A DNA stretch of 64,000 nt from Candidatus Baldrarchaeum yapensis (GCA_016840465.1 JAEOSH010000006.1:2886-66885); one strand, 5' to 3'. Positions 20,228 through 31,354 are shown, numbered from the stretch's first letter. Notes: generated from the letters alone by a model not told the origin. A program made the numbers and translations.

Positions 20228-21457
20228 ATGGGGTTAAAGATGGTACATACCGGAGATATACATCTGGGAGCCGTAATACGTGGAATGACGTCCGGAACTG
20301 AGGTTTATAAGCGTCGAATAATGGATTTTCTCGAAAACCTGAAAAGAATCGCGGAGTTTTCCGTAAAAAATGAATGCGACTTTTTGTTGATCTCCGGGGA
20401 TATATTCCACTCTCTGCACCCCAGCGCATTCATCCTCGACGAATTCGCGAAAATTCTGAGATTTGTTTCGAATAAAGGCGTAAAGGTCGTTGCAATTCCT
20501 GGAAATCACGACATGCCAAAGACCGCAGGCGTACCGTCCTATCTTGATGCAATATTTGACGCAGGCGTACCCAACTTCTACTACTTCTCACGCGCCGGAA
20601 CGATAACTTTGAGCGGAAGAGATCCCACACGCACGGTAAAATTCATTTGCATACCATATCTTCCGCCGCAAATTGAAAGACAAAAGATGGAGGAAGCATT
20701 AGAAAGATTTGTCAAAAGAGAGGCATCTGACAGAGAAAACTCCGATTACATAGTTGTGTTATCGCACATTTTGGTACATGGTGCAATTCTAGACGCCTAC
20801 GGCAGAAGAATGAAGGAAATGGGAGATGTAGAGTTTTCCACCTCCGCCCTTCTCACGAGTGAAGTAAGCTACGTGGCCCTTGGACATGTGCATCAACACC
20901 AGGAAGTCGCAAAGAAGGTTGTATACTGCGGATCGATAGAAAGAGTCGATTTCGGTGAGGAAGAGGGAGATAAGGGTTTCTATCTAGTAGAGGAAAGGTG
21001 CGGGGATCTTGAGTACGAGTTCATAAAGCTACAAACACGGCCACTAATCACGATTCCTGGGAGAAGATCCGGAATAGGTGGTGAGTATTTGAATCTTGCG
21101 GTCAGCGATCAACCATCCCGCGCGTTGCTTGAGTTTCTGAAAAATGCAAGAATAGAATCCGAATCGATAGTCAGAATAAGGTACCTGATACGGAGTGATC
21201 AAGTGCTTAACCTCAAACCCATAGAGGAGTTCCTAGAAGAGGTAAAGAGAGTCATGCATTATATACTTGACCCGACATATATCACAATTATTAGCCATAA
21301 TGAAGTATATGAAGACATTGCGGCGAAATCCCTGAGAGAATATTTCATAGAATATATTGACGCCCAAAATTTGCCACCAGAGATAAATAAAGAGAAATTG
21401 AAGGAGTTAGGTCTTGAATACATACAAAGGAAGATAGAAGAGGAGGAATACGGATGA
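20228..21457 (+). CDS. mre11: Mre11 DNA double-strand break repair nuclease
   Basis: Calcineurin-like phosphoesterase motifs 'HTGDIHLG', 'LISGDIFH', 'IPGNHD' and 'ALGHVHQ'. It overlaps rad50 by 4 nt. Confidence 0.9.
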   Translation: MGLKMVHTGDIHLGAVIRGMTSGTEVYKRRIMDFLENLKRIAEFSVKNECDFLLISGDIFHSLHPSAFILDEFAKILRFVSNKGVKVVAIPGNHDMPKTAGVPSYLDAIFDAGVPNFYYFSRAGTITLSGRDPTRTVKFICIPYLPPQIERQKMEEALERFVKREASDRENSDYIVVLSHILVHGAILDAYGRRMKEMGDVEFSTSALLTSEVSYVALGHVHQHQEVAKKVVYCGSIERVDFGEEEGDKGFYLVEERCGDLEYEFIKLQTRPLITIPGRRSGIGGEYLNLAVSDQPSRALLEFLKNARIESESIVRIRYLIRSDQVLNLKPIEEFLEEVKRVMHYILDPTYITIISHNEVYEDIAAKSLREYFIEYIDAQNLPPEINKEKLKELGLEYIQRKIEEEEYG

Positions 21458-23946
21458 ATAGTTGGGGATTTGTGCCAGAGAAACTCATTGCCGAGAACTT
21501 CATAACTTACGATAGATTAGAACTGGATTTCACAAAACTGGGAAGAAGAGTCGCCGTACACGGTCCCACAGGTGCGGGTAAAACAACAGCATTCGTGGAT
21601 GCCCTTACTTTCGCCTTATTTGGTGCAGCATACGAGAAATCTGGAGCCCAGTTCAGGGAAAAACTTGCAAAGGAGGCCGGAAGACCGGTAAAGGTAGAGT
21701 TGACATTCAGAGTTGGGGGTGAACGGTATAAAGTTATGAGAATGATAGATAGCAACGGTAAGTACATAAGGGTTGAATTAAGGAGATTGGAAGAGGGCGC
21801 AAAGCCAATAACGTCGCTGAGAGAGGTCAATCAGAGGATAGAGAAACTACTGGGCATGAATTATAAAATATTTCTCAACACGGTCGCAGTAAGGCAGGGC
21901 AATGTTGCTGAACTCCTACATGGCCTTACACCCTCGGAGTTCAGGCAAATGCTCCTCTTAGCTTTTGGAATCGATTTCAGAAAGATACAGGATGCAGTTA
22001 AGGATGACTACAGACAGGCAGAAGTCGAATACTCGAAAATAACTTCTAGGATAGAAGACTTGCGGAAAAAAATAAAGGAGAAAGACAAGGTTTTGAGAGA
22101 CCTGAACAACCTGAGAAAGGAACTCACGAAACTAAATGAAGATATCTCAAAAGTAAGAAGCAAACTCCAAGAAGTAGAACAAAAGCTTCAGGCGGTACAT
22201 GAGAAATTATCCTCCGCACGTCAGGAGTATAAACTTATGGAAAAGGAGTATCAGAACCTCCAGGATAAAAGGAGGCACCTCGAAGAAAAAATGTCGGATA
22301 GAGAGAGGTTTATGAGGGAATTAAGCAAGTTATCCGAAATTGAGGAAGAATTGAAATTGCTAAGAGAGTCGATATCAAAACTGCGAAAAGCGACCGGAAT
22401 CCTTGCTACCATTAAGGAGAAGAGAAGAGCTCTGAGCCGATATGAAAGAGAGTTGAGGGAGTTGGAAAGAAAGGAGAAGGAACTAAATGGGCTGAGAAAA
22501 CGAATTGAAGATTTGTCATGTGAAATATCAGCTTTAGAAAGCACGGTTAAAAAGATTGAGGATATCGAAAGGAAAATAGACGAGAAAAAAGAACTAAAGA
22601 ACAAACTTAGTGGAAAGAGGGAATATCTGGAGAGAAATTTAGCTGAAATAAAGGAAATGAAACAAAGATCATCAAACGGGGCAATAAAATGTCCGCTTTG
22701 TCTCTCCGAATTGTCCCCACAGAAAGTTGAGGAGGTCATGAGAAGCATAACTCATACACTCACGGAACTAAGAAACCAATTGGAATCGATAAGCAGAGAA
22801 TTAGAAGAGCTATCTAGAGAGCGCGAAACTGTTAAGAAAGCTGAGGAAAAGCTAAATACGCTGTACAAAATGCTTATGAGATACGAGGGGCAAGCAAAGT
22901 CTCTTAGCGAATTTGTAAAAAAGAAGGTTGATTTGCAGGGCGAAAGGGAAAAATGTGGACAGGAATTAAAGAAAATGGAGGAAGAACTCTCGAAACTTAT
23001 AGAGGGGATATGCTCTTACGATGAGGTCGAACAAAAGCTTGCAGAATTAGAAGCAAAGGAGCGGGCTCTCGAAGAGAAAGTCAGAAAGATAGCGGAAAGC
23101 AGAGGAAGAATATCAGAGTTGGAAAAGGAGATAGAGAGGTTAAAAAACGAGATTAGAGAATTGGAGCCTCTAATTTCAGAAGAAATGCTGAGAAGAAAGA
23201 AGATCGAGTTAGATGAATTAATGAAAATGGAAGATGAGTTAAAAAGGCGCAAAAAGGAAATAGAGTCAGAACTCGAGGGCCTGCAGGACAGAATGATAAA
23301 GGTCAGCGCGGACGTTAAAGCACTCGAAAGTAAGTTGAAAGAAATAAAAGATGCCGAAAATGAAATAAAAAGTCTCGAAATAGAGGAAAGAAAAGCACGA
23401 GAAAAACTCATTATGCTCAAAGTATTAAAGGAGAAGGTATTTCATGATCAAGGATTCCCGATGTTCCTACTAAGTCGCTTCATTACTAGACTTCAGGATT
23501 ACGCGAACTATTACCTCAGTAGCATTCTTCCAAATTATCAGATCCGCCTCAAGAGGGTAAAAGAGGGAAGACAAGAGAAAATAAGAGCAACGGTCATGGA
23601 TATTTCAAGGGGATATGATCGCCCGTTATATACATACTCCGGCGGTGAAACCGCGATCCTGGGATTTGTACTGAGATTAGCACTAGCAAAAACATTACTA
23701 GAGGTAAAAGGTGCTAAATCGCCGAGAATTCTGATTTTAGATGAGGGATTTAGCTCTGCTAGCGAGGAATATCGTGCCCAATTGATGAAGTTATTAGCAA
23801 CGCTATCCCAAGAGTTCGAAAATATTATTGTCATTTCACACGTTCCTGACATAAAGTTCAGCGAAATATTCGATAGAATTCTCGAAGTTCAGAGAGACAG
23901 AAGTGGAAGTCGCATAAGGGACGTCACCACATCGGTGAAATCGTAG
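21454..23946 (+). CDS. rad50: Rad50 ATPase (SMC-like, with zinc-hook)
   Basis: N-terminal Walker A '[10 protein letters not shown]', a long heptad-rich coiled coil with a central 'CPLC' zinc hook (about 22689-22700), and C-terminal signature/Walker B '[11 protein letters not shown]…LILDEGF'. Confidence 0.9.
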   Translation: MNSWGFVPEKLIAENFITYDRLELDFTKLGRRVAVHGPTGAGKTTAFVDALTFALFGAAYEKSGAQFREKLAKEAGRPVKVELTFRVGGERYKVMRMIDSNGKYIRVELRRLEEGAKPITSLREVNQRIEKLLGMNYKIFLNTVAVRQGNVAELLHGLTPSEFRQMLLLAFGIDFRKIQDAVKDDYRQAEVEYSKITSRIEDLRKKIKEKDKVLRDLNNLRKELTKLNEDISKVRSKLQEVEQKLQAVHEKLSSARQEYKLMEKEYQNLQDKRRHLEEKMSDRERFMRELSKLSEIEEELKLLRESISKLRKATGILATIKEKRRALSRYERELRELERKEKELNGLRKRIEDLSCEISALESTVKKIEDIERKIDEKKELKNKLSGKREYLERNLAEIKEMKQRSSNGAIKCPLCLSELSPQKVEEVMRSITHTLTELRNQLESISRELEELSRERETVKKAEEKLNTLYKMLMRYEGQAKSLSEFVKKKVDLQGEREKCGQELKKMEEELSKLIEGICSYDEVEQKLAELEAKERALEEKVRKIAESRGRISELEKEIERLKNEIRELEPLISEEMLRRKKIELDELMKMEDELKRRKKEIESELEGLQDRMIKVSADVKALESKLKEIKDAENEIKSLEIEERKAREKLIMLKVLKEKVFHDQGFPMFLLSRFITRLQDYANYYLSSILPNYQIRLKRVKEGRQEKIRATVMDISRGYDRPLYTYSGGETAILGFVLRLALAKTLLEVKGAKSPRILILDEGFSSASEEYRAQLMKLLATLSQEFENIIVISHVPDIKFSEIFDRILEVQRDRSGSRIRDVTTSVKS

Positions 23947-24005
23947 AATGGCAAATATATGGTAATAATTGCGATAAGAACTGGAAGGCAAAAGAGAAGG
24001 TCGTT

Positions 24006-24868
24006 TTGGAGCAACTAGGAAAAGTCATTAAGGGAAAGCAATATAAGGAATATGCAAAGCATCTGGTGGCAGGCATGAACGAGGATGAACTGTCAGAAAA
24101 GATATTTTCTGCGGCAAAGATAATAGTTAAATCAAAGAGAGTTGTTGCGCTCACTGGCGCGGGGATATCCGTTGAGAGCGGGATTCCTGATTTTAGGGGT
24201 CCTGTTGGACTCTGGAGAGTTTGCAACCCGATATAGCATCCATACACTATTTTCTCCCAAACCCCGAAGGATTTTGGAAAATGGCCAAAAGCTTGGCAAA
24301 AACCCTCTTTAACGCAAAGCCCAATCCCGCGCACATAGCTCTCGCCGAACTAGAGAAAATGGGAAAGCTTCGATGCATAATAACTCAGAACATAGATTCT
24401 CTTCACCAAAAAGCCGGAAGTAAAAATGTCATAGAAATTCATGGAACTGCTCGAACGGCCACTTGCCTCAGTTGCGGGAAAAAGTTTCGGGATGCGGACA
24501 TACTGAAAATGCTGGATGAAGGGCTCTTGGTTCCGGTTTGCGACAGATGCGGAGGGTTGATAAAAGTAGATGCAGTCTTCTTTGGTGAAAATCTCCCTCG
24601 GGACGCCCTTTCAAGGGCCATGGATGAAAGCATACATTGTGACGCAATGTTAGTCGTGGGTTCTTCTTTAGTCGTTTATCCGGCGGCATATATATCTTCC
24701 TCAATTGGCAAAGGAGCACGGGCAAACATAATTGTGGTGAACTTAGAGCCTACATGGTTCGATAGAATTGCGGATGTTGTAATACATGGTAAGGCCGGAG
24801 AAATCCTGCCCGAGCTCGTTGCAAAAGTCAAAGAGTTGTTGCTATCGGATAATAGCAACACAAGATGA
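24006..24868 (+). pseudogene. Sir2-family NAD-dependent protein deacylase (CobB-like), split by a frameshift near 24220-24240
   Basis: The 24006-24236 ORF has '[24 protein letters not shown]'. A different frame, 24221-24868, continues 'PNPAHIALAELEKMG…IITQNIDSLHQKAGS…IEIHG…CLSCGKKF…CDRCGG'. The whole is colinear with the intact paralog at 54643-55449. Confidence 0.6.
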
Positions 24869-24944
24869 CGGTAAAAGGTCGTCTCTTCGTCCTACTCGAT
24901 AATTTTTATCGACGTGAGATTTTCATCACCACTAGGATTAAAAA

Positions 24945-25772
24945 ATGAAGAATCCACATCATCAGCGGGAGGTGAAATTGGAACCGATAAGTTTGTTGAT
25001 CTGTTTCTTGCTCGGTATTGTTACAGGAACGGTGGCCGCCTTTTTCGGCATAGGCGGCGGGATCCTCTTCGTACCCATATTGGTGCTCATCTTTCATTTA
25101 AAGCAACAAGAAGCATCCGGTACGTCCTTATTAGCAATTTTTTTCACTTCAACATCCGCATCCATCGCTTACTTCAGGCAAAGGAGAGTACTTGTGAAAG
25201 TCGGCATATTCTTAGAGTCACTGACAATCCCAGGTGCCATAATTGGTGCGCTCTTCTCAAGTCAAGTTCCTGAGAAGACTCTGAGAATTCTCTTCGTAAT
25301 CGGCGCGTTCCTAGTAGGAATAAACATGATAGTGAGAGGGAGACCAGCCCTTCTTCGAGAATTGCAAAGTGATATGGACGACCCTTCTCGGGCAATAAGC
25401 GTATACGAAATTAAGAAGACGCGAGTCCTCGCGGCCGGAGTTTTTTCCTTTCTTGCTGGCATGGTTGCCGGGGCAATCGGTATAGGAGGTGGCGTCATAA
25501 AAGTTCCAATAATGTATTACCTGCTAGGCATCCCAATACATTTCGCCGTCGCAACATCCAGTTTCATGATAATGTTAACCTCGGCGGTTGCTGTACTTAC
25601 ACATTTCGAGTTACAACAAGTCGTACCCGAGCTGGGGATAACTCTTGGAATTGGTGCAATACTTGGCGCTCAACTGGGTGCGCGGATAGGCAGGCGGGTT
25701 AAAGCCGCGGTACTAAGGAGACTCTTCGGCGTAATTTTGCTTATAGTCGGAGCAAGAATGTTGCTCCTGTGA
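24945..25772 (+). CDS. TSUP/TauE-SafE family (DUF81) anion exporter-like membrane protein
   Basis: Two internal repeats, each with 'FGIGGGILFVP' / 'AIGIGGGVIKVP' glycine motifs, across ~8 TM helices. Confidence 0.7.
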   Translation: MKNPHHQREVKLEPISLLICFLLGIVTGTVAAFFGIGGGILFVPILVLIFHLKQQEASGTSLLAIFFTSTSASIAYFRQRRVLVKVGIFLESLTIPGAIIGALFSSQVPEKTLRILFVIGAFLVGINMIVRGRPALLRELQSDMDDPSRAISVYEIKKTRVLAAGVFSFLAGMVAGAIGIGGGVIKVPIMYYLLGIPIHFAVATSSFMIMLTSAVAVLTHFELQQVVPELGITLGIGAILGAQLGARIGRRVKAAVLRRLFGVILLIVGARMLLL

Positions 25773-25847
25773 GGTAAACTCAGTATCGGGTTGCTAAAAA
25801 CCGCGCAGAGCGGTTCGATGAATGGCATCATGTTATAAAAAATCGAT

Positions 25848-26717
25848 TTGAGGAGCTTGAATCGAAATACGATGAATGCTACCGGTTCGATCAACGGGAG
25901 AAAATGCCAGCAGAAAAAAACTAAAATTTTGAGATTGACTGTAATGACACCAAAATATGTGAGGTATGAGGGATTGAGGGTCTGGGTCTCAGCATTCGTC
26001 CTACTTATATTGCTATTCCCGGCACTTATGACATTAATTGCCAGTACCGCTTATGCGCAACCAATTTACCAAACGATAAGTGCAACTTCCGGAGGTGTTT
26101 ACATAGAAGTCCTAGTATTTTCTCGGACACCAGCTTACGAGGGTCAGCATTTCTCCGTCAACCTATATCTTCAAAATTTAATCGTGTTTTCGCCCGAATG
26201 TACAAATATCACGTTACTGCCATCCCCACAAGAAAAATCGATGGAAATCGTAATGATGTCATACGGCAGTTCGGCAACGGCTTCTCAGGTAATGGAAGGG
26301 TCTCCTGAGGAGAAATACAGTGACGTGTATGTTGAGAACGAGGACGAGATCTTTACTACTACGGGTGTAAGCATCAGAAGAAGAGTGTTTAATGCGAGTC
26401 AGCCCATTATCGAAAAGGAACTAGGAGAGTTCTGGGGAATGGTAAGACATGGAACCGTAGGCAAGCAGATAAAACTGCATATCGACCTCTTATTTGAAGT
26501 GAGATATAAGAACGGCTCATCCACCATCCTAGAGGTAAAGAACGGGGATCCTATAACGATAATCGTGATGCCGGGATCGGTAACGATCCCAATGGAACTC
26601 ATAATCTTCTTTGCAACGGTTTCCATTCTCATGATACTATTCCCGATCGTAGTTTTAGTCATTAACAGGTGGAGAATGAAAAGGATAAAGGAGAGGAGGT
26701 TATTGTATGCACAGTAA
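25848..26717 (+). CDS. membrane-anchored extracytoplasmic protein (N-terminal signal/anchor, C-terminal TM plus basic tail)
   Basis: Hydrophobic 'VWVSAFVLLILLFPALMTLIASTAYAQ' near the N-terminus. The middle domain is rich in NxS/T sequons. It ends with the TM 'LIIFFATVSILMILFPIVVLVI' followed by 'NRWRMKRIKERR'. The probable start is the internal Met near 25944. Confidence 0.45.
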   Translation: MRSLNRNTMNATGSINGRKCQQKKTKILRLTVMTPKYVRYEGLRVWVSAFVLLILLFPALMTLIASTAYAQPIYQTISATSGGVYIEVLVFSRTPAYEGQHFSVNLYLQNLIVFSPECTNITLLPSPQEKSMEIVMMSYGSSATASQVMEGSPEEKYSDVYVENEDEIFTTTGVSIRRRVFNASQPIIEKELGEFWGMVRHGTVGKQIKLHIDLLFEVRYKNGSSTILEVKNGDPITIIVMPGSVTIPMELIIFFATVSILMILFPIVVLVINRWRMKRIKERRLLYAQ

Positions 26718-27444
26718 TGAGCTAAGATGTGGAGGGATGCTTGTATTAGTAGTAATAATGATGGTTATAGCCTTCATTCCGCTCACCATCGTGGACGCTT
26801 ACGGTGCAAGCAATAATGTGGTACTGGCATATAAGGGCGAGGTCGGGAGGCCCGTTGAAGGTAAAAACATAACAACGTACCCCGCTCACGCATACATTAC
26901 GATAAAGATGCAAGCAAATGGCACAATATTAGTCGAGGAGGTATCGGAAGGAATTCCTCCGGCAATATTGATGATCACCAAGAAGATATATTTGGTAGAG
27001 AGCAATAGCAGAAAGATAGTTGGTACGGAAGAGTATGTACTTTGGTGGATCGATCCTCACGGCCTGAAAAATGGGGATAAGGTCAAGATACTGAATTTCA
27101 CGTTCGAGGTTGTGGGAACATCAAGTTATTTCGTCATGAACATGCTAAGGAGAGTAGTTGAACTTCGGCATATTGACGAAAATGGTACAAAGTATGCGGC
27201 TAAATATGATGAGAAAAGCGGGGTTCTAATAGAATATAGGATCAAGAATTACGCGGAAAATTATTCTCTAGTCATTATACTGGAGTCGGCGTACGGGGTT
27301 GAATTGAGCGTTGATATTCTGTACTATGTGATGCTTGCCCTTCCGTTCATTATTGTTCCGGCGATAATAACTTATTTCATCACAAGGCCGCGCCTTCCGA
27401 AAGTGGGAGGGATAAGAAGTGAAGGAGGCGGTGATAAAGGTTGA
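26707..27444 (+). CDS. membrane-anchored extracytoplasmic protein (paralogous architecture to the previous ORF)
   Basis: N-terminal hydrophobic 'MLVLVVIMMVIAFIPLTIVDAYG', several NxS/T sequons, and a C-terminal TM 'ILYYVMLALPFIIVPAIITYFI' plus basic tail. It overlaps its neighbours, indicating an operon. Confidence 0.45.
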   Translation: MHSNELRCGGMLVLVVIMMVIAFIPLTIVDAYGASNNVVLAYKGEVGRPVEGKNITTYPAHAYITIKMQANGTILVEEVSEGIPPAILMITKKIYLVESNSRKIVGTEEYVLWWIDPHGLKNGDKVKILNFTFEVVGTSSYFVMNMLRRVVELRHIDENGTKYAAKYDEKSGVLIEYRIKNYAENYSLVIILESAYGVELSVDILYYVMLALPFIIVPAIITYFITRPRLPKVGGIRSEGGGDKG

Positions 27445-28360
27445 AGGTTTGGTGAAATTCTACGGGAAGATAAGGGCACTTGCTGGAGTGACATTTGAGG
27501 TAGAGCATGGGACGTGTTTCGGCTATCTTGGACCCAATGGGGCTGGGAAGACTACGACTATAAGAATTCTCCTAGGGTTAATAAAACAGGACGCAGGCAG
27601 GGCATTTATTCTTGGAGAGAAAGCAGGATCGAGGAAGGCTCTAAGAAGGGTGGGTTACCTCCCAGAAAGACCCGGATTTTACGATCATTGGACTCTCCTT
27701 GACTATATGAGGTATATAGGAACTCTTTATGGAATGGCCCTACGAGAGGCTAAGAGAAGGGCTGAAGAACTCTTAGAGTGGATAAAATTGGGCGATTGGG
27801 CATACGAAAAAATAGGTAATCTTAGTGCGGGCATGCGCCAAAGACTCGCTTTCGCGCAGGCCTTCATTAACGACCCAGACTTGCTGATACTTGACGAACC
27901 CACATCAAATTTGGACCCAATGGCGCGCATCGAAATTCTTGATAAGATAAAGTCCGCGGTCAGGGAGGGGAGAACAGTCCTGTTCTCGAGCCATGTTCTT
28001 CCCGAGGTGGAAAGAGTTTCCGACCATATAGTGATTATCCACCGCGGGCTAATACTCGCCCAAGGGAGAATCGAAGACCTGCGGAGACTTCCTAACACCT
28101 ACAGCATAAAAACCGATAATCCTCAAATCTTAGTAAATGAATTAAAGAACCTGTCCTACGTGAAAAATGTAAGTATAAAAGATAGAGAGACGTTGTTTGT
28201 GGAAGTTGAGGATGTCAGCAGATTCGAAGGAGAGATTGCGAGAATTATCGCCAAATGCGGAGTTAAATTGAAGCGTTTTGAACCCGTAGGTGAATCCCTC
28301 GAAAACATTTATGTTAGAATTGTACGCGAGGGAGGGATTCCGGTTGGTGGACAGAGATGA
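27419..28360 (+). CDS. ABC transporter ATP-binding protein (ABC-2/CcmA-like exporter type)
   Basis: Walker A 'GPNGAGKTTT', Q-loop, signature 'LSAGMRQRL', Walker B 'LLILDEPTSNLD' and H-loop 'SSHVL'. It has a GTG start. Confidence 0.85.
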   Translation: MKEAVIKVEGLVKFYGKIRALAGVTFEVEHGTCFGYLGPNGAGKTTTIRILLGLIKQDAGRAFILGEKAGSRKALRRVGYLPERPGFYDHWTLLDYMRYIGTLYGMALREAKRRAEELLEWIKLGDWAYEKIGNLSAGMRQRLAFAQAFINDPDLLILDEPTSNLDPMARIEILDKIKSAVREGRTVLFSSHVLPEVERVSDHIVIIHRGLILAQGRIEDLRRLPNTYSIKTDNPQILVNELKNLSYVKNVSIKDRETLFVEVEDVSRFEGEIARIIAKCGVKLKRFEPVGESLENIYVRIVREGGIPVGGQR

Positions 28361-28405
28361 ACTTAAAAACAAAATTGAAGTGTTTGGCAGGTTACTTTTG
28401 GAGGA

Positions 28406-29261
28406 AATGAGGATCTCGTATAGAAGCAAGAGGTTTTACATATACCTCATCCTATTCTTGCTTCCGCCGCTTTTCATGAGCCTGTGGTACTTCATCTTCC
28501 AGTATCACATCGACATTCAGACAATCGACCTGAAAATATTCATGCAGGGAGAAGGAGCCAAGGAGGACATACTGACCGAAAGAGTGAATATCGTAAAGGG
28601 AATGAGGGGAATAAGTTCCGGGCTTTACATGAGTGGCCTGATGGGGCTCCTTATAGCGGTGATTTCATCCGAATGGGTTGCAGGTGAGCGGCATAGTGGA
28701 ATGCACAACATAACTTTTTCGAAATTCATGAGCAGGAGCGGGATACTTCTTGCAAGGTACATCGCGTTCCTCATACACAGCGCCATTTTCGTAACCATAG
28801 CGATACTATGGGTGGGGGTGCTAGTATTGACGCCGTTAATAAATGTAGGCCTGTTCTTTGAAGCATTTAGCAAGACGGCCAACATACTGCTGATAATGAT
28901 AGGTGTAACCATTCTATGCATACTGGCATACACGTCCCTAGCAACTCTCTTCTCAGTGCTGTCTCCGCGGCCAATGATAGCGATCATCATGATGCTAATC
29001 TACACAATGGTGATTGTCAGCATTGTCAGCGTAATCGCCTTAATATTTGGACAACAAAACCCAGCTCTTTATAATCTCATGTACCTCTCATTAAGCAACG
29101 ACGGAAGCGTCGTAATGGAACACTTCATCCTCGGCGAGGAATTCTGGAAATCATACATAATTCCGCAGGACCCGTACGTTGCGCTATCGGTGCTGATCGC
29201 TGTATCGGTAGGTGGGCTTGTACTGGCATGCCTGTTGTTGGAGACTAGGGAATTTTCATAA
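28406..29261 (+). CDS. ABC-2 family transporter permease
   Basis: Six hydrophobic helices with the first periplasmic loop after TM1, the typical ABC-2 topology. The ATG at about 28406 follows 'GGAGGA' (track ORF opens at 28290; an ATG at about 28310 is also possible). Confidence 0.55.
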
Positions 29262-29326
29262 GTCACTGAAAGCTAAGTACATTTCAAGGGCAGTGTGCAC
29301 AATGACATTTTATCCGGTGATACGAG

Positions 29327-31354
29327 GTGCCAATACTTTTCTTTATTGCTACTCACATGATGCTACTGCTCTTCGTAGTCCCAGTACTCATTCCGAAAAC
29401 CTTCGGAATTCCCCCCTTAACTATAAAATTTTGGCGTAGAATCTTTCTATCTACTGCTATCCTCCTTGAGGTTCTTGTGAACATACAACTTTTACCACTT
29501 TACATATGGCATGATGCCCCCTACGGTTCGCCAGAGTTGATCCTCAGATCTTCATTTTTGTTGCTTCTTTCACTCTCTCTCATGAAGTTTTCCTTCTCTA
29601 AGTATTACTCCGAAAAATTAGAAATCGCGGAAATGGCAAGACGTGAGGTTTTATTCCGAAAAATAAGTCCGTTCATTGTGTGGGGGGCCGTGGGATCGAT
29701 AGTATTCATAATTCTGGCATTTGTCGTGGTATCGTTATTGCTTATTCCGGCGTACATGTGTTACTACTTCCTCGTATTCATAAGAACACTATTTGCTCCC
29801 GACATAATATCAAAATTTGCTCCATTGCGTAAAAAGACAATAATGCAAGTGGTGTCGATGTTCTTCCTCATATATTTCGCCATAATTTCGACATTAGTTA
29901 TATTTCCGCCTTACTGGCAAGCACAACACTTTAATAATACGGTTAAAATTGAAAGATCGTCACCTTTTACTTCAGAAGTATCTCCCGCAATGGTTCGCCT
30001 GATCGACAAGAATCTTGCCACGTCTATCATGAGCAGGTACATTTCGGAGTTCGGTTCAAACGCAAATCTTGGAACGCCTCATATAGCCAAAAATGGCAAC
30101 TCTATTGTGTGGATAGCACCTGTTTACCCGGCTAATGTCTTTGCTCAGAACTACATAATTGGATTCATAATCATAAAAGCGAATGATCCTATGAGCCCTC
30201 CCGTGATTTTAAAGGAAAAATTCTACGTTGGTGATCTGCTTTACGGCGGTCACAATGTGCACATTAAGAACTTCTTAGAAGATACTACGGTGAGCCGTTC
30301 AAGCGCGTACTTCGCGTTTGATAAGGATGGCAAAATAGTTCTGGTGGTATTAAGAGTCCGTATGACACCGTTGACCTATGAGATCCCAGGAGAGGTCTTA
30401 ATATACGACCGTAACGGAAAAGTTATCGGAAGATATGATATTACAAACGCGCCCGACTGGGTACCGCAGGTTTATGACCAGAAACTCGTCGAAGCAACAG
30501 TCCACAATATTGGCCAGTATTATAGAGGGAATAAAGTGGATCCATTTGCCGGGGGGCTTCTTACAATACCCGCGTCAGAAGACCGATTCGAAATTACGGA
30601 ATCCCCTCAGAACATCATAAATCCCGACACAAATTGCGTTGAAACGATAATTTATGTTCATCCTCTCGGTAATGATAGAACTCTGGCAGGGATTTTCCGT
30701 ATATTCAAGGGCGGCATATACTTTTACGACTTCAGAATGCTCAGTTTAATTAGCGCTAGGGTTGCACATGATTATGCCGAATCCCTTTTTCCCAAACCAG
30801 CGGTAGGAGAATATTTCGCAACTGCGGGGATGCTTTATCCCGTTAAACATCCCCTCACCGGAGAAGCTGTGTGGACATGGTTTGTCCCAATTTATTGGAG
30901 GAAAAACGCGACTATATTACTAAGAGGCCTCGTTCTAATAAACGCTCACAACATGAGTTACTTTTATTACGGCATCATCAGGGAGAACGAACATGGTTGC
31001 GAGTTCGTTGCGCGAGTTCTTGAAGGTTACAAAAGAGTGTTGAAGCAGGCCATTAAATACGAATATATCATTAATTATGCGAACGAAACCCACATTTCTG
31101 GATACTTTAGAGTTTTGAACGTATCGAGGTATGTAAGTGGAGGGGAAACCCACATAGTCCTCTGGATAAACTACGAAAACGTATCCTTCGTTGAGGCAAC
31201 TGCAAGTGACCTTAAGAACAAAACCGCGTGGTATGAACTTTTGTTTACGCGCCCCGGTGATGTTGTCCTCATAACCGCGGAGAAAGCAGATGGATACTGG
31301 GTCCTTAGAGAATTCGATAACCTTGAGATAACACCGGAAGGACGCGTGCATTAG
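29327..31354 (+). CDS. large polytopic membrane protein with a ~480-aa extracytoplasmic C-terminal domain
   Basis: About 6 N-terminal TM helices, then a soluble domain with several N-glycosylation sequons. It is last in the ABC-2 operon. Confidence 0.45.
   Translation: MPILFFIATHMMLLLFVVPVLIPKTFGIPPLTIKFWRRIFLSTAILLEVLVNIQLLPLYIWHDAPYGSPELILRSSFLLLLSLSLMKFSFSKYYSEKLEIAEMARREVLFRKISPFIVWGAVGSIVFIILAFVVVSLLLIPAYMCYYFLVFIRTLFAPDIISKFAPLRKKTIMQVVSMFFLIYFAIISTLVIFPPYWQAQHFNNTVKIERSSPFTSEVSPAMVRLIDKNLATSIMSRYISEFGSNANLGTPHIAKNGNSIVWIAPVYPANVFAQNYIIGFIIIKANDPMSPPVILKEKFYVGDLLYGGHNVHIKNFLEDTTVSRSSAYFAFDKDGKIVLVVLRVRMTPLTYEIPGEVLIYDRNGKVIGRYDITNAPDWVPQVYDQKLVEATVHNIGQYYRGNKVDPFAGGLLTIPASEDRFEITESPQNIINPDTNCVETIIYVHPLGNDRTLAGIFRIFKGGIYFYDFRMLSLISARVAHDYAESLFPKPAVGEYFATAGMLYPVKHPLTGEAVWTWFVPIYWRKNATILLRGLVLINAHNMSYFYYGIIRENEHGCEFVARVLEGYKRVLKQAIKYEYIINYANETHISGYFRVLNVSRYVSGGETHIVLWINYENVSFVEATASDLKNKTAWYELLFTRPGDVVLITAEKADGYWVLREFDNLEITPEGRVH

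Noticed and set aside
21454-23946. Low-complexity, internally repetitive nucleotide sequence (GAA/AAG-rich) in the middle of the large ORF.
   Set aside because: It encodes the heptad-rich coiled coil of Rad50, with many E/K/L codons. It is not a tandem DNA repeat or a CRISPR-like array.
18457-24868. Possible HerA–Sir2 antiphage defence pair (herA with a sirtuin gene a few kb downstream).
   Set aside because: herA is embedded in the canonical herA–mre11–rad50 repair operon with nurA. The sirtuin has full deacylase motifs plus a Zn ribbon and is not adjacent to herA. Both fit housekeeping roles better.
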